From a virus: DNA of 64,000 nt. The position numbers were made by a program, and so were the translations under genes. Below are positions 1 through 7,798 of this stretch, piece after piece; the first letter of the stretch is position 1, and each line of letters starts with the position of its first letter. Location of the stretch: the IMG/VR virus record IMGVR_UViG_3300026097_000013, positions 1 through 64,000 of that record. One strand, written 5' to 3'. The notes under the pieces are model-generated. The model saw nothing but the letters and a program-made list of their open reading frames with translations. It did no database searches and was not told where the DNA came from.

Positions 1-205
1 AAATCAAGCTAGTATATACATCAGAGCCACGCACACAAATACTCAAAGAGTCAATCACATATTGTGTTACAATAGATCTATTTGTACATCACGGTATAGA
101 TTGTTTTCAAACTAGTGCAACACGCATAGCATTTGAGTCGGACCGTGATCGAGTGTTGGGCATACTCTATTTAAGTGCGAGTTCTAGTTTTGAGGTTGTG
201 TGCGT

Positions 206-279
206 GTAAACGCTAGTATTAAAAAAGCGTTTACCGCTTCGCGGCTGTTGGCTCTTGCGCGACCGCAGGCGCTTCGCGC
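206..279. other. Cluster of tandem inverted repeats in non-coding DNA, including two GC-GAA-GC mini-hairpins (minus strand)
   Basis: GTAAACGCT/AGCGTTTAC stem (206-234); CCGC-GAA-GCGG (244-234) and GCGC-GAA-GCGC (279-269) on the minus strand. Confidence 0.55.
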
Positions 280-876
280 TTATTCGGAATCTCGAGCTGT
301 GTAATTCACATTGATTATGAATCTTCTAGCTGCATTCGTCGGTGAGTTTGAGCTGTGGTATGTTAGTCCATCGAACCATGCCATTTGATTTACTTGTGGA
401 CGAATAGTATAGTCTACCGTAGGTGTACCAATGTGTTGTTTGTAGTATTCTGTTTGGTCAAGTCCTTGGAGAGGATCATACTTTTCTTTGTATATAATTG
501 TATCGCCGTCGCAATTGTTGAGATAAAACAATGCAGTACGATGTGGAAAGTCTGTGTCCACATGTGGATCTGCTATATGATTTTCAGGAGTAATGCCTGT
601 TACACTACAGCGTATTCTAATAATATCAATATCAGTTTGTCCTGATCTACTCAACGCATCTCCTACTGCCATCTCTAAATAAGGAGCAAGATAAGTTTCA
701 CTGAGGTCTTTGTGATAGGCAATGTGCTGCCATTTGTGATTGCCCGGATGAATTGTTTCTCCGTCGCCGTAGTAGTCTGTTATGCACACAAACCAAGGCA
801 TGTCTCCGCCCATTAATAGCTGTTGTATTCTCTGTAGTTGCCAGGGACTCCATATGTCTTGAAATATATTATTCAT
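280..876 (-). CDS. 2OG-Fe(II) oxygenase superfamily protein
   Basis: H-x-D (PHVD), TALFYLN, distal His and Arg (TYHSS...RRFIIN). Confidence 0.8.
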   Translation of the reverse strand: MNNIFQDIWSPWQLQRIQQLLMGGDMPWFVCITDYYGDGETIHPGNHKWQHIAYHKDLSETYLAPYLEMAVGDALSRSGQTDIDIIRIRCSVTGITPENHIADPHVDTDFPHRTALFYLNNCDGDTIIYKEKYDPLQGLDQTEYYKQHIGTPTVDYTIRPQVNQMAWFDGLTYHSSNSPTNAARRFIINVNYTARDSE

Positions 877-1167
877 TTAAATCTCTTTTTGTTGTTATAA
901 GTTTACGGATCAACTAGTATGTTTGTCATTGTTAATCCTCTGTATAAATTTATTTATGGTTAACATTATGCGCTTATCGAATTCTTGGCAAAATTAGTGA
1001 TATTGCGGATCGACGCTTGACGATCTCTAGTTTAAACATCATCTTTTCGTTAATCGTTGTTTAAGGGGTGTTGCAGTGCGTTGCTTTCGTTCGTAAAGCT
1101 AGGTTAGTTCAAAACGTTTTTTATATATGCGTATAGTATCGTTGTACTGATCGTTATAAATAATTGC

Positions 1168-1746
1168 ATGAGGGTACCTTTTTTTATCATTGTTTGTGCA
1201 GCACTGAGCGGGTGTAACATGAGTATCACAGATGCGTTTCGCGGCAATGGACTGGCAGCACCGCCTGACACACTTACTATAGCAGAGCAGTATGTGGGCA
1301 TGAACGAACATGAGAACCGTGTGACACTTCGAGAGTTTCTTGGAATAGATCCTGTTAGAGTAGAATGGTGTGCTGCGTTTGTTAATTCAGTGCTGGAAGA
1401 AACTGAAGTTGAGTCAACTCGCAGTCTAATGGCACGTTCCTATCTAGATTGGGGAGTAAGCACTGATGAACCTTCGCCTGGAGACATCATGGTGTTTTCA
1501 AGAGGAAACCAAGGCTGGCAAGGACATGTGGGATTCTATGTTGCTACGGTAGGATATAAAAACAACAAGTATTGGGTAGTGCTAGGAGGCAATCAAGACA
1601 ACTCAGTTAGCTATAGACTATACAAAGAAAATCATTGGAGACATCTAGACACTAGGACACTGCCCGATAGCGAAAAGCAAAAGGCACTGGTAGAACGCCG
1701 CTGGTTGTTTGGCGGCATTCCTCTAGATATAATAGAACAAGATTAA
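1168..1746 (+). CDS. NlpC/P60-like (TIGR02594-type) peptidoglycan amidase with predicted lipoprotein signal
   Basis: WCAAFVN (catalytic Cys), PGDIMVF, GHVGF (His), LGGNQ; N-terminal hydrophobic stretch ending in lipobox LSGC. Confidence 0.75.
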   Translation: MRVPFFIIVCAALSGCNMSITDAFRGNGLAAPPDTLTIAEQYVGMNEHENRVTLREFLGIDPVRVEWCAAFVNSVLEETEVESTRSLMARSYLDWGVSTDEPSPGDIMVFSRGNQGWQGHVGFYVATVGYKNNKYWVVLGGNQDNSVSYRLYKENHWRHLDTRTLPDSEKQKALVERRWLFGGIPLDIIEQD

Positions 1747-3179
1747 TCGCCTAGGTTGTTTAGGAAACTGCGCAGCTTGCTTGAATCTGTTTCTGCACGA
1801 ATCTTCTTGACAGGTGCTCCGTCTTCTGGATCATCATTTATGCTGTCTGCGGGTGTTGTAGTTCCCATACCACGTTTTAGATTGGCTACAATTGAACTTC
1901 CACTTGTGCTACCTGCACCTGCTGTGCTTTGTTCGTCGTCTTCACCGATGTCGTAGATGCGCAGTGTGTCTACGTCAAAGCCTAGATCAACCTTTTGTCC
2001 TACACCACTTGAACTACGTGTCTTCATCAACTGGATCTGATAGCGTCCACGCTCACGCATGGCTCTGCTGGTAAAGATACCAATCAAATTGTCTGCTGTG
2101 TTGATCTTTGAAATACCACCTGAGATATGCGAGTGATCAAATTCAATCTCTTCTACACTCGATCTGTTCAACTGCGATGCTGTTACAAAGATTGTGTTAA
2201 GTTCCATTGCTAAGTTGCGTAGCTCTTCCGATACATACTTGTCTTTGACAAACAAGTTCTCTGCTGAAATCTTTTGTCCGATTGGATGCATCAAATCTAG
2301 ATAGTCAATTAACAGCACATCTACTTTCTTGCCTGTCTTGATTTCATACTCTTTTAAGTATGCTCTAACATCGTTTGCGTTCTTGCCTGTGGGCATGTAC
2401 TTGACTTGAAATGCGCCCGACTTCTTACCAATCATCTTGACTTTTAGTTCGACATCTTCGATACTCTTAAAGATATCACGACTTGGAATCTCTGTAGTCA
2501 TAGCATCTACACGCATACTTACTAGTGCTTCTGACAGCTCGAATGTCAAGTACATCACGTTGAGTCCAGCCAGTGCCCAGTTCACACCCATGTTCGCCAT
2601 AAACAAACTCTTACCCGAACCCGAACCGCCTGCAAAGATATTCAGTTCGCCTCGGTTGAATCCGCCAAACAATTTCTTGTCTAGTGCGGGCCAGCCTGTG
2701 CTTACTTGTCCGTTCTTGTCTTTGATGCTTTCGAGTCTGCCTCTAGGGTCAGCAAAGTAGTCTGTGCCTAGATCTTTTTGTAAGCCAATCTGCACAGCCT
2801 GCTTGACTAGATCTTCACACGCACCGTACTCGCCAGACTCTAGTAGGTCTGCACTTTTAAGAATAGCTGCTTCCAGTGCTTTGTGTTTAGAGAACGTTTC
2901 AAAGTCCTGCAACAACCAGTCATAATGATTCTCTGCTAGCTGCCCAGGATCTTTAAGATCAGTTTGTGTAGCAGCGTTCACCATATCAAATGTAGGCAGT
3001 GCATTATGCTCTTCTACATATTGTTTGATAAACTTAGCGGGTTCTACCAAACGCCTATCAAATGTATTAGGATCAAACACACCCTGACAGCGTACAAAGC
3101 TCTCAGCGTCTGTCATAAACATCTCTAGATATACTTTTTGTATATCATACCCATAGTCTGTGTTTTGTCTTGTGCTCAT
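1743..3179 (-). CDS. dnaB: Replicative DnaB-like helicase (T4 gp41-like)
   Basis: Walker A GGSGSGKS, Walker B LLIDYLD, TASQLNR, upstream primase. Confidence 0.93.
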   Translation of the reverse strand: MSTRQNTDYGYDIQKVYLEMFMTDAESFVRCQGVFDPNTFDRRLVEPAKFIKQYVEEHNALPTFDMVNAATQTDLKDPGQLAENHYDWLLQDFETFSKHKALEAAILKSADLLESGEYGACEDLVKQAVQIGLQKDLGTDYFADPRGRLESIKDKNGQVSTGWPALDKKLFGGFNRGELNIFAGGSGSGKSLFMANMGVNWALAGLNVMYLTFELSEALVSMRVDAMTTEIPSRDIFKSIEDVELKVKMIGKKSGAFQVKYMPTGKNANDVRAYLKEYEIKTGKKVDVLLIDYLDLMHPIGQKISAENLFVKDKYVSEELRNLAMELNTIFVTASQLNRSSVEEIEFDHSHISGGISKINTADNLIGIFTSRAMRERGRYQIQLMKTRSSSGVGQKVDLGFDVDTLRIYDIGEDDEQSTAGAGSTSGSSIVANLKRGMGTTTPADSINDDPEDGAPVKKIRAETDSSKLRSFLNNLGD

Positions 3180-3214
3180 GTGTTGATTATACTACCTATG
3201 CCATTTGTTGTCAA
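3180..3214 (-). promoter_or_regulatory. Sigma70-type promoter, leaderless geometry (helicase)
   Basis: TTGACA-17 bp-TATAAT-6 nt-ATG. Confidence 0.85.
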
Positions 3215-4157
3215 TTGATATTCGTTGTTGAGTTTTAGCAAGAACTGCACCTACGCAGCTTCCAGGGTCACCTGGGTTCTTGGGAATATGTACATCATGC
3301 CACATAACCCTAATTAAATCCACAGCTTGCCGGTTCATTGCGCCGCCGCCTGCTAGTGCCACATACTTAGACTCGGTAAGAGCATACGCACATCTAGACA
3401 AGTTTAGCAAGCAGTATTCAAATACTTTTTGTGTAGCTGCTGCAATGTCATACATGTCTTGTTCAGTAGTAAGCTCAGGTCGCCACCAACTGCATCCCCT
3501 GTGCAGATTTTCTCGCATTGAAATCTTAGGGTTGAAACCCATACCTTCTGTGCTAACTAATTCTTCGAGTATGGGCATGAAGAATCTATGGGCATCACCC
3601 TTGGCGCCCCATTGGGCTACTAGGTATTCGTCACGCTGTGCTACTAGCCCTATACGCTGTGTCATAGCACTATAAAAAAGTCCTAGGCTATGCGGATACC
3701 CTTGGCTATGTACCTTCTTGAGTTTGCCGTTCTTACCGTGCCATATGGTTAGGGTTTCGAACTCTCCTATGCTGTCTAGGCATATCACAGCACAATCATC
3801 ATGGGGCTGTGTGTAGTATGCGTAGGCTGCATGGCTAAGATGATGCTGGGTATAACGAATAGGAAGATCGCACAAGTGATGTTGCTCGAGATATTTGCGA
3901 ATATTATTTTCTTTGCCCAACCAGCCTTGTCCTGCCCAAAACTGCCTCAGTGTTTTAAGCACGGGTCGTTCATACCATACAATTTCTTGAGGATACCCGT
4001 GGCTGTTAATAGCGTGTTGTATCATCTCTTCGTTAGGGTGCGGGTCGTTAGGTATGCCGCTAAAGTCTTTAGCTAGTGCTGCCCATAACAACTCGTTGTC
4101 GTTGAATACTGCAATACTTGCGTCGTGGCTATTGCCTACCATTCCCCATGTTATCAT
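3192..4157 (-). CDS. Carbamoyltransferase N-terminal (Kae1-like) domain only
   Basis: SHDASIAV, HHLSHAA, LDSIGE, SLGLFYS, GDPGSCVGA; lacks the C-terminal GPRALG/NTSFN domain. Confidence 0.8.
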   Translation of the reverse strand: MITWGMVGNSHDASIAVFNDNELLWAALAKDFSGIPNDPHPNEEMIQHAINSHGYPQEIVWYERPVLKTLRQFWAGQGWLGKENNIRKYLEQHHLCDLPIRYTQHHLSHAAYAYYTQPHDDCAVICLDSIGEFETLTIWHGKNGKLKKVHSQGYPHSLGLFYSAMTQRIGLVAQRDEYLVAQWGAKGDAHRFFMPILEELVSTEGMGFNPKISMRENLHRGCSWWRPELTTEQDMYDIAAATQKVFEYCLLNLSRCAYALTESKYVALAGGGAMNRQAVDLIRVMWHDVHIPKNPGDPGSCVGAVLAKTQQRISIDNKWHR

Positions 4158-4174
4158 ATTATATTCTTCTTAAT

Positions 4175-4699
4175 TTAAAATTGTTTATAAACTTCTATAT
4201 TAGTGTTAAACCCTATAATAGTTTTTCGAGCTCCGGTGTTGGGTCTTGATCCATGTGCTAAAAATGAAGGAAACGTAATTATGTCGCCTTCATTAACATC
4301 AACTTTGTATTCAGTGCCCATGTAAGAAAAACTAGTCTTAGGAGAATCGTCGCCTAACTCGATATACATAACATTTGAATATATACTGCTTTCATGTACA
4401 TGCCATAAATGAAAATCTCCTGCTTCGTATTGCTGATGCCACACTGTAGATGTAGTAACGCTTCGTAGCTGTAACTTTTCTTTTAATATTTCATTATGCC
4501 TGTTAATCTCTGGAAAAACAATATTCAAATATGGCCTATGTTCATCAGGGTTAATATGCCAATCTGTATTAGAAAGTCGTTGTCCCGGACCGTCAATGCT
4601 GTATCGAGTCATTGAACTAATAGCAGAAAGTGTACTATTTTTAACAACTTCAAAGTTTGGTATTTTTGTAATATGCACAAGGCTTTCTATATTAATCAT
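4175..4699 (-). CDS. Putative 2OG-Fe(II) oxygenase (H-x-H type)
   Basis: QQYEAGDFHLWHVH, EGDIITFPSFLAHGS, RKTIIGFN. Confidence 0.75.
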   Translation of the reverse strand: MINIESLVHITKIPNFEVVKNSTLSAISSMTRYSIDGPGQRLSNTDWHINPDEHRPYLNIVFPEINRHNEILKEKLQLRSVTTSTVWHQQYEAGDFHLWHVHESSIYSNVMYIELGDDSPKTSFSYMGTEYKVDVNEGDIITFPSFLAHGSRPNTGARKTIIGFNTNIEVYKQF

Positions 4700-4709
4700 A
4701 TTTTCACTT

Positions 4710-4871
4710 TCATTTGTAAATAAACGGGTCTTTTTTGCGTAGCTCTTTAAGCTTCTTTCTAAAACGTAGTTCTTCAGTAATGCGTGTATATGGCCAAATA
4801 ATAATTCTCCATACTACCATGACTGCAAATACTATTGCTAACCAAATTTTATTTAAAATGTTTAAAACCAT
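4710..4871 (-). CDS. Small membrane-anchored protein (53 aa, below ORF-track cutoff)
   Basis: MVLNILNKIWLAIVFAVMVVWRIIIWPYTRITEELRFRKKLKELRKKDPFIYK; ATG overlaps the primase 3' end; fills the gap between genes. Confidence 0.65.
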   Translation of the reverse strand: MVLNILNKIWLAIVFAVMVVWRIIIWPYTRITEELRFRKKLKELRKKDPFIYK

Positions 4872-5857
4872 TTTTTCATCCTCAGTTTAATTTTAAGTGA
4901 CGAGCTTTCTGCTGCACTAGCTATGCTATACAATGTATATAATCTACCGTACTTAGCAACTGCATCACCAATGTCGTTGATGTCTGAATCCCAGTTGGGC
5001 ATACTGACTTGCCAGCCTAGATCCATTGCTTGTTCTACTAATTTTTTACCTGCACTATCTCTGTCAGGAACAACGATAATATCTTTGTTAAGTCTATTTA
5101 ACAGCATTGCTTGTTGTTCGCCTACTTCGGATCCTAATAGTGCGCAGCCTTCTACATGTATAGCGTCCAATGGACCTTCGCATACTATACAAAATGCTTT
5201 TTGCCAACGCTGCTCATCAAGCCCATATACGTATCCAGGTTGACTTTCTGTAAGATATTTTGCTTTTGTTTCAGACTTAACCGTACGAGCAGTCCAACCT
5301 ACAATGCGTTCTTCATAATAGAAAGGAATAATAAATCTATCTCGATACCCTAATTTTGTAGTCCAATAGTAGTTTGTATCATCTAAATTAAGATCACGAG
5401 ATGCCATGTACTGGACTACTTCGATAAAATTATTAAAGCCTAGGTTGTGTTCATTATAATCTGGAATATCTTGTATCCGTACTGCATCTTCAGGCAACTG
5501 CACTGTTGAAAACTCTGGTATTTCGACCAAGTGTTCTTTAGCTTCGATACCTTCATTCATTCTAAGAATATCTAGTGCTAGTTTGTTAATATTGTCATCC
5601 GGTACGTTGAGCCACTCTAACAACTTGCGAAGTTTAAATGTCATGTGTCTTCCAGGTTGCCATCCTGTTTTAAATCCGCAGTTAAAGCAATGAAAACTTA
5701 CAACATCACCTTCTTGTATTAAGCCGCCGCGTTGCTTAGTATCTCGTGTTTCGTTATTGTGTACGCAACAGGGAGCATCAAAGCTAGTCCATCCACTAGG
5801 AGTAGTTTTTCGCTTTGCTGGCAAGTGTGCTGCGATTGTGTCAGATACGATGCTCAT
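4862..5857 (-). CDS. dnaG: DNA primase (zinc-binding + TOPRIM)
   Basis: CC..H and CFNC zinc ligands, CEGPLDA, PDRD, DINDIGDA. Confidence 0.9.
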   Translation of the reverse strand: MSIVSDTIAAHLPAKRKTTPSGWTSFDAPCCVHNNETRDTKQRGGLIQEGDVVSFHCFNCGFKTGWQPGRHMTFKLRKLLEWLNVPDDNINKLALDILRMNEGIEAKEHLVEIPEFSTVQLPEDAVRIQDIPDYNEHNLGFNNFIEVVQYMASRDLNLDDTNYYWTTKLGYRDRFIIPFYYEERIVGWTARTVKSETKAKYLTESQPGYVYGLDEQRWQKAFCIVCEGPLDAIHVEGCALLGSEVGEQQAMLLNRLNKDIIVVPDRDSAGKKLVEQAMDLGWQVSMPNWDSDINDIGDAVAKYGRLYTLYSIASAAESSSLKIKLRMKKWF

Positions 5858-5892
5858 AACATTATAATAGCACCGTGGAGAAGTTTTGTCAA
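5858..5892 (-). promoter_or_regulatory. Sigma70-type promoter, leaderless geometry (primase)
   Basis: TTGACA-17 bp-TATTAT-6 nt-ATG. Confidence 0.8.
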
Positions 5893-6678
5893 TCAGTTTC
5901 TGATTAAAATCTTTTCAATTGTGTCTGCTGGATTTGTGTCTGTAACAAATCTTAAATAACTAAACACACCATTAAAGTTTACAGGAGTTGGAGTTACTTC
6001 AGATCCGTCAAGCGTTAGCGTAGCTACATCAGCCCATTGTGTGGTGTCTGTAATTTGGTTATCAAGAGTAGCCTGTACCACTACATCACCGCTGTATGAC
6101 GCTGTATACACTGCTGCGGTGTGTAGAGCTTCGTTACCATTAATAGCAGGTTGTGCGTCAATTGTTTCTGAAACCCACTCGTCTTTATCTACCTGTGTTT
6201 GTGTAAACTGAGTAACTTCATAAGTAGCCAATGGTCCTGGCATAGTTCTAGCATTAACATAGATAGTTGCATCGTTGTCGAAGTTTGAATGACTATATGT
6301 TAATAGTTTTTGATTTTCTGAATCTACTAAGTAAACATTATAATTTAAGTATTGTTGTTTAAGATTGAGTAAATCATTTTCTGTAATAGTTACACTAAAC
6401 AATCCTCGAACACCAGTAGATCCGTCGTCTTGAATAACACCTTGTCGTTCAATAACAAGTGATTTGTTTTCGTTAAATGCAACAAACATTGGAGTATAAC
6501 CTGTAGTATCGATTGGCCTTTGATCAGCATTCATTAATCTAAATTGAATGACATTATCAATGCCTTTGTAAACTTGTAGTTGTCTGCTGTACACTGGTCT
6601 ATACTCCGTAATAAAACCTGCCATATCTGCGACTAGGTTGACTCTGTTATTGACTAAATATCTAGGTAATAATTGCAT
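5893..6678 (-). CDS. Hypothetical beta-rich protein, probably virion-associated
   Basis: 261-aa ORF with a late-type TAAATA 4 nt before the ATG; beta-strand-rich sequence. Confidence 0.6.
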   Translation of the reverse strand: MQLLPRYLVNNRVNLVADMAGFITEYRPVYSRQLQVYKGIDNVIQFRLMNADQRPIDTTGYTPMFVAFNENKSLVIERQGVIQDDGSTGVRGLFSVTITENDLLNLKQQYLNYNVYLVDSENQKLLTYSHSNFDNDATIYVNARTMPGPLATYEVTQFTQTQVDKDEWVSETIDAQPAINGNEALHTAAVYTASYSGDVVVQATLDNQITDTTQWADVATLTLDGSEVTPTPVNFNGVFSYLRFVTDTNPADTIEKILIRN

Positions 6679-6704
6679 ATAGTATTTATTTTAAAAAAGA
6701 CAGA

Positions 6705-7076
6705 ATGTTAACAAAAGATATTGAAGAAAAATTTCCATTCCTTAGCGTAGTTACGTATGGTGGCAACGAGTATATCGGCATCGTTATTAATCAAGATAAT
6801 GTCGTAACTAGTATGTATGTGTATACTGATATAAGAGAAATAGATGCACAACGTCGATTTTTAGAATTAGGTGAAGTATGGTGGTGGGAATCAAATAGAA
6901 TGATTCCTATTAATATTTTTCTTAAGGACGAAATGAACGAGTTCAAACCGTGCATAGTAACTATGAATACAAAAGATGTTAGAGTTACAATTGGGCCTTG
7001 TGTAAATTTAAATAATTTATCAGTAAAAAGAATAAAACGTAAAAGTGTACAGCTAGTTCGTAGACCTAAGAACTAA
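6705..7076 (+). CDS. Hypothetical protein
   Basis: 123-aa ORF filling the gap, opposite strand to its neighbours; WWWESNRMIPINIF motif. Confidence 0.65.
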   Translation: MLTKDIEEKFPFLSVVTYGGNEYIGIVINQDNVVTSMYVYTDIREIDAQRRFLELGEVWWWESNRMIPINIFLKDEMNEFKPCIVTMNTKDVRVTIGPCVNLNNLSVKRIKRKSVQLVRRPKN

Positions 7077-7626
7077 TTTGTTCACATAGTAAATTCATGT
7101 GTACTACACACGCCATAGCATAAGAAATGGCATGTGCTTTCTTAAAATAGTATGCACCGTCTTCAGGCTTCTTCCATATTTCTTCGTTTATCGTTTGCCA
7201 AGTTTCGTTGACAAGATGGCGTTTCGCAGGCCGTATCATCGCTAGTACTGCTGCTAACTGCTCCACTGATTGTGGCTTTAATTGTTTTAACAAATCGCTG
7301 TGCCCGTTTAAGTGGAATACCTGATCTGAAAATTCTTTGTGCTCCAAAAGTTGCCATAGTGGTTCTGTATCCATTAATCTATTTAAATGTTCTTCATTTT
7401 CGACATCATTGTATATACTAACATTCAAAAAGTCAAGTTTAAAATAGCCTCGGTCTTCTGCTGTCTTGTAGTCAATAGTAGCAATTTCATTAAAAGGATT
7501 GTGAGGGATCTCAGTCACATAAACACCAGTGTTGTGTTTTTTACCTGTATCAAGTTTTGCCACGCGATGCTGTATTTTGTTTAAGATAATATCTCTGTTT
7601 GAAAAATCTATATCGATATCAGGCAT
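7066..7626 (-). CDS. dnaE: Minimal DNA polymerase III alpha (C-family) catalytic-core fragment
   Basis: Collinear DnaE motifs PDIDIDF, KHNTGVY, GYFKLDFLN, QVFHL, LAAVLAMIRP, YYFKKAHAISYA in only 186 aa; SD GGAGG. Confidence 0.85.
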   Translation of the reverse strand: MPDIDIDFSNRDIILNKIQHRVAKLDTGKKHNTGVYVTEIPHNPFNEIATIDYKTAEDRGYFKLDFLNVSIYNDVENEEHLNRLMDTEPLWQLLEHKEFSDQVFHLNGHSDLLKQLKPQSVEQLAAVLAMIRPAKRHLVNETWQTINEEIWKKPEDGAYYFKKAHAISYAMACVVHMNLLCEQISS

Positions 7627-7798
7627 TTTTTATTTTCCTCCAAAAGAATCCCTTGCGTGAAAGAGGACGCTGTCCTATATACTCTTCGCCTGTTTCCAAG
7701 TCAACTAACTTATATTTACTAGGACACTTAGTACGAACTTCCATAGTAATAGGAAATTCGTATTCAGGTGCTTTTGTTCCGTCGATCAGTTTACGCAA
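7619..7798 (-). CDS. Small hypothetical protein (59 aa, TTG start)
   Basis: (M)RKLIDGTKAPEYEFPITMEVRTKCPSKYKLVDLETGEEYIG...; GGAG SD; overlaps the def stop and the dnaE start. Confidence 0.65.
   Translation of the reverse strand: MRKLIDGTKAPEYEFPITMEVRTKCPSKYKLVDLETGEEYIGQRPLSRKGFFWRKIKNA

Noticed and set aside
1000-1030. GGATCGAC resembles the tmRNA 5' motif
   Set aside because: There is no GGGG acceptor stem, no T-arm/CCA end and no tag reading frame nearby.
7619-7640. Programmed frameshift fusing the 59-aa ORF to the DnaE core at A-AAA-AAT
   Set aside because: A -1 slip does not reach the dnaE frame (it needs +1). The ATGCCTGA overlap with a GGAGG SD is ordinary translational coupling.
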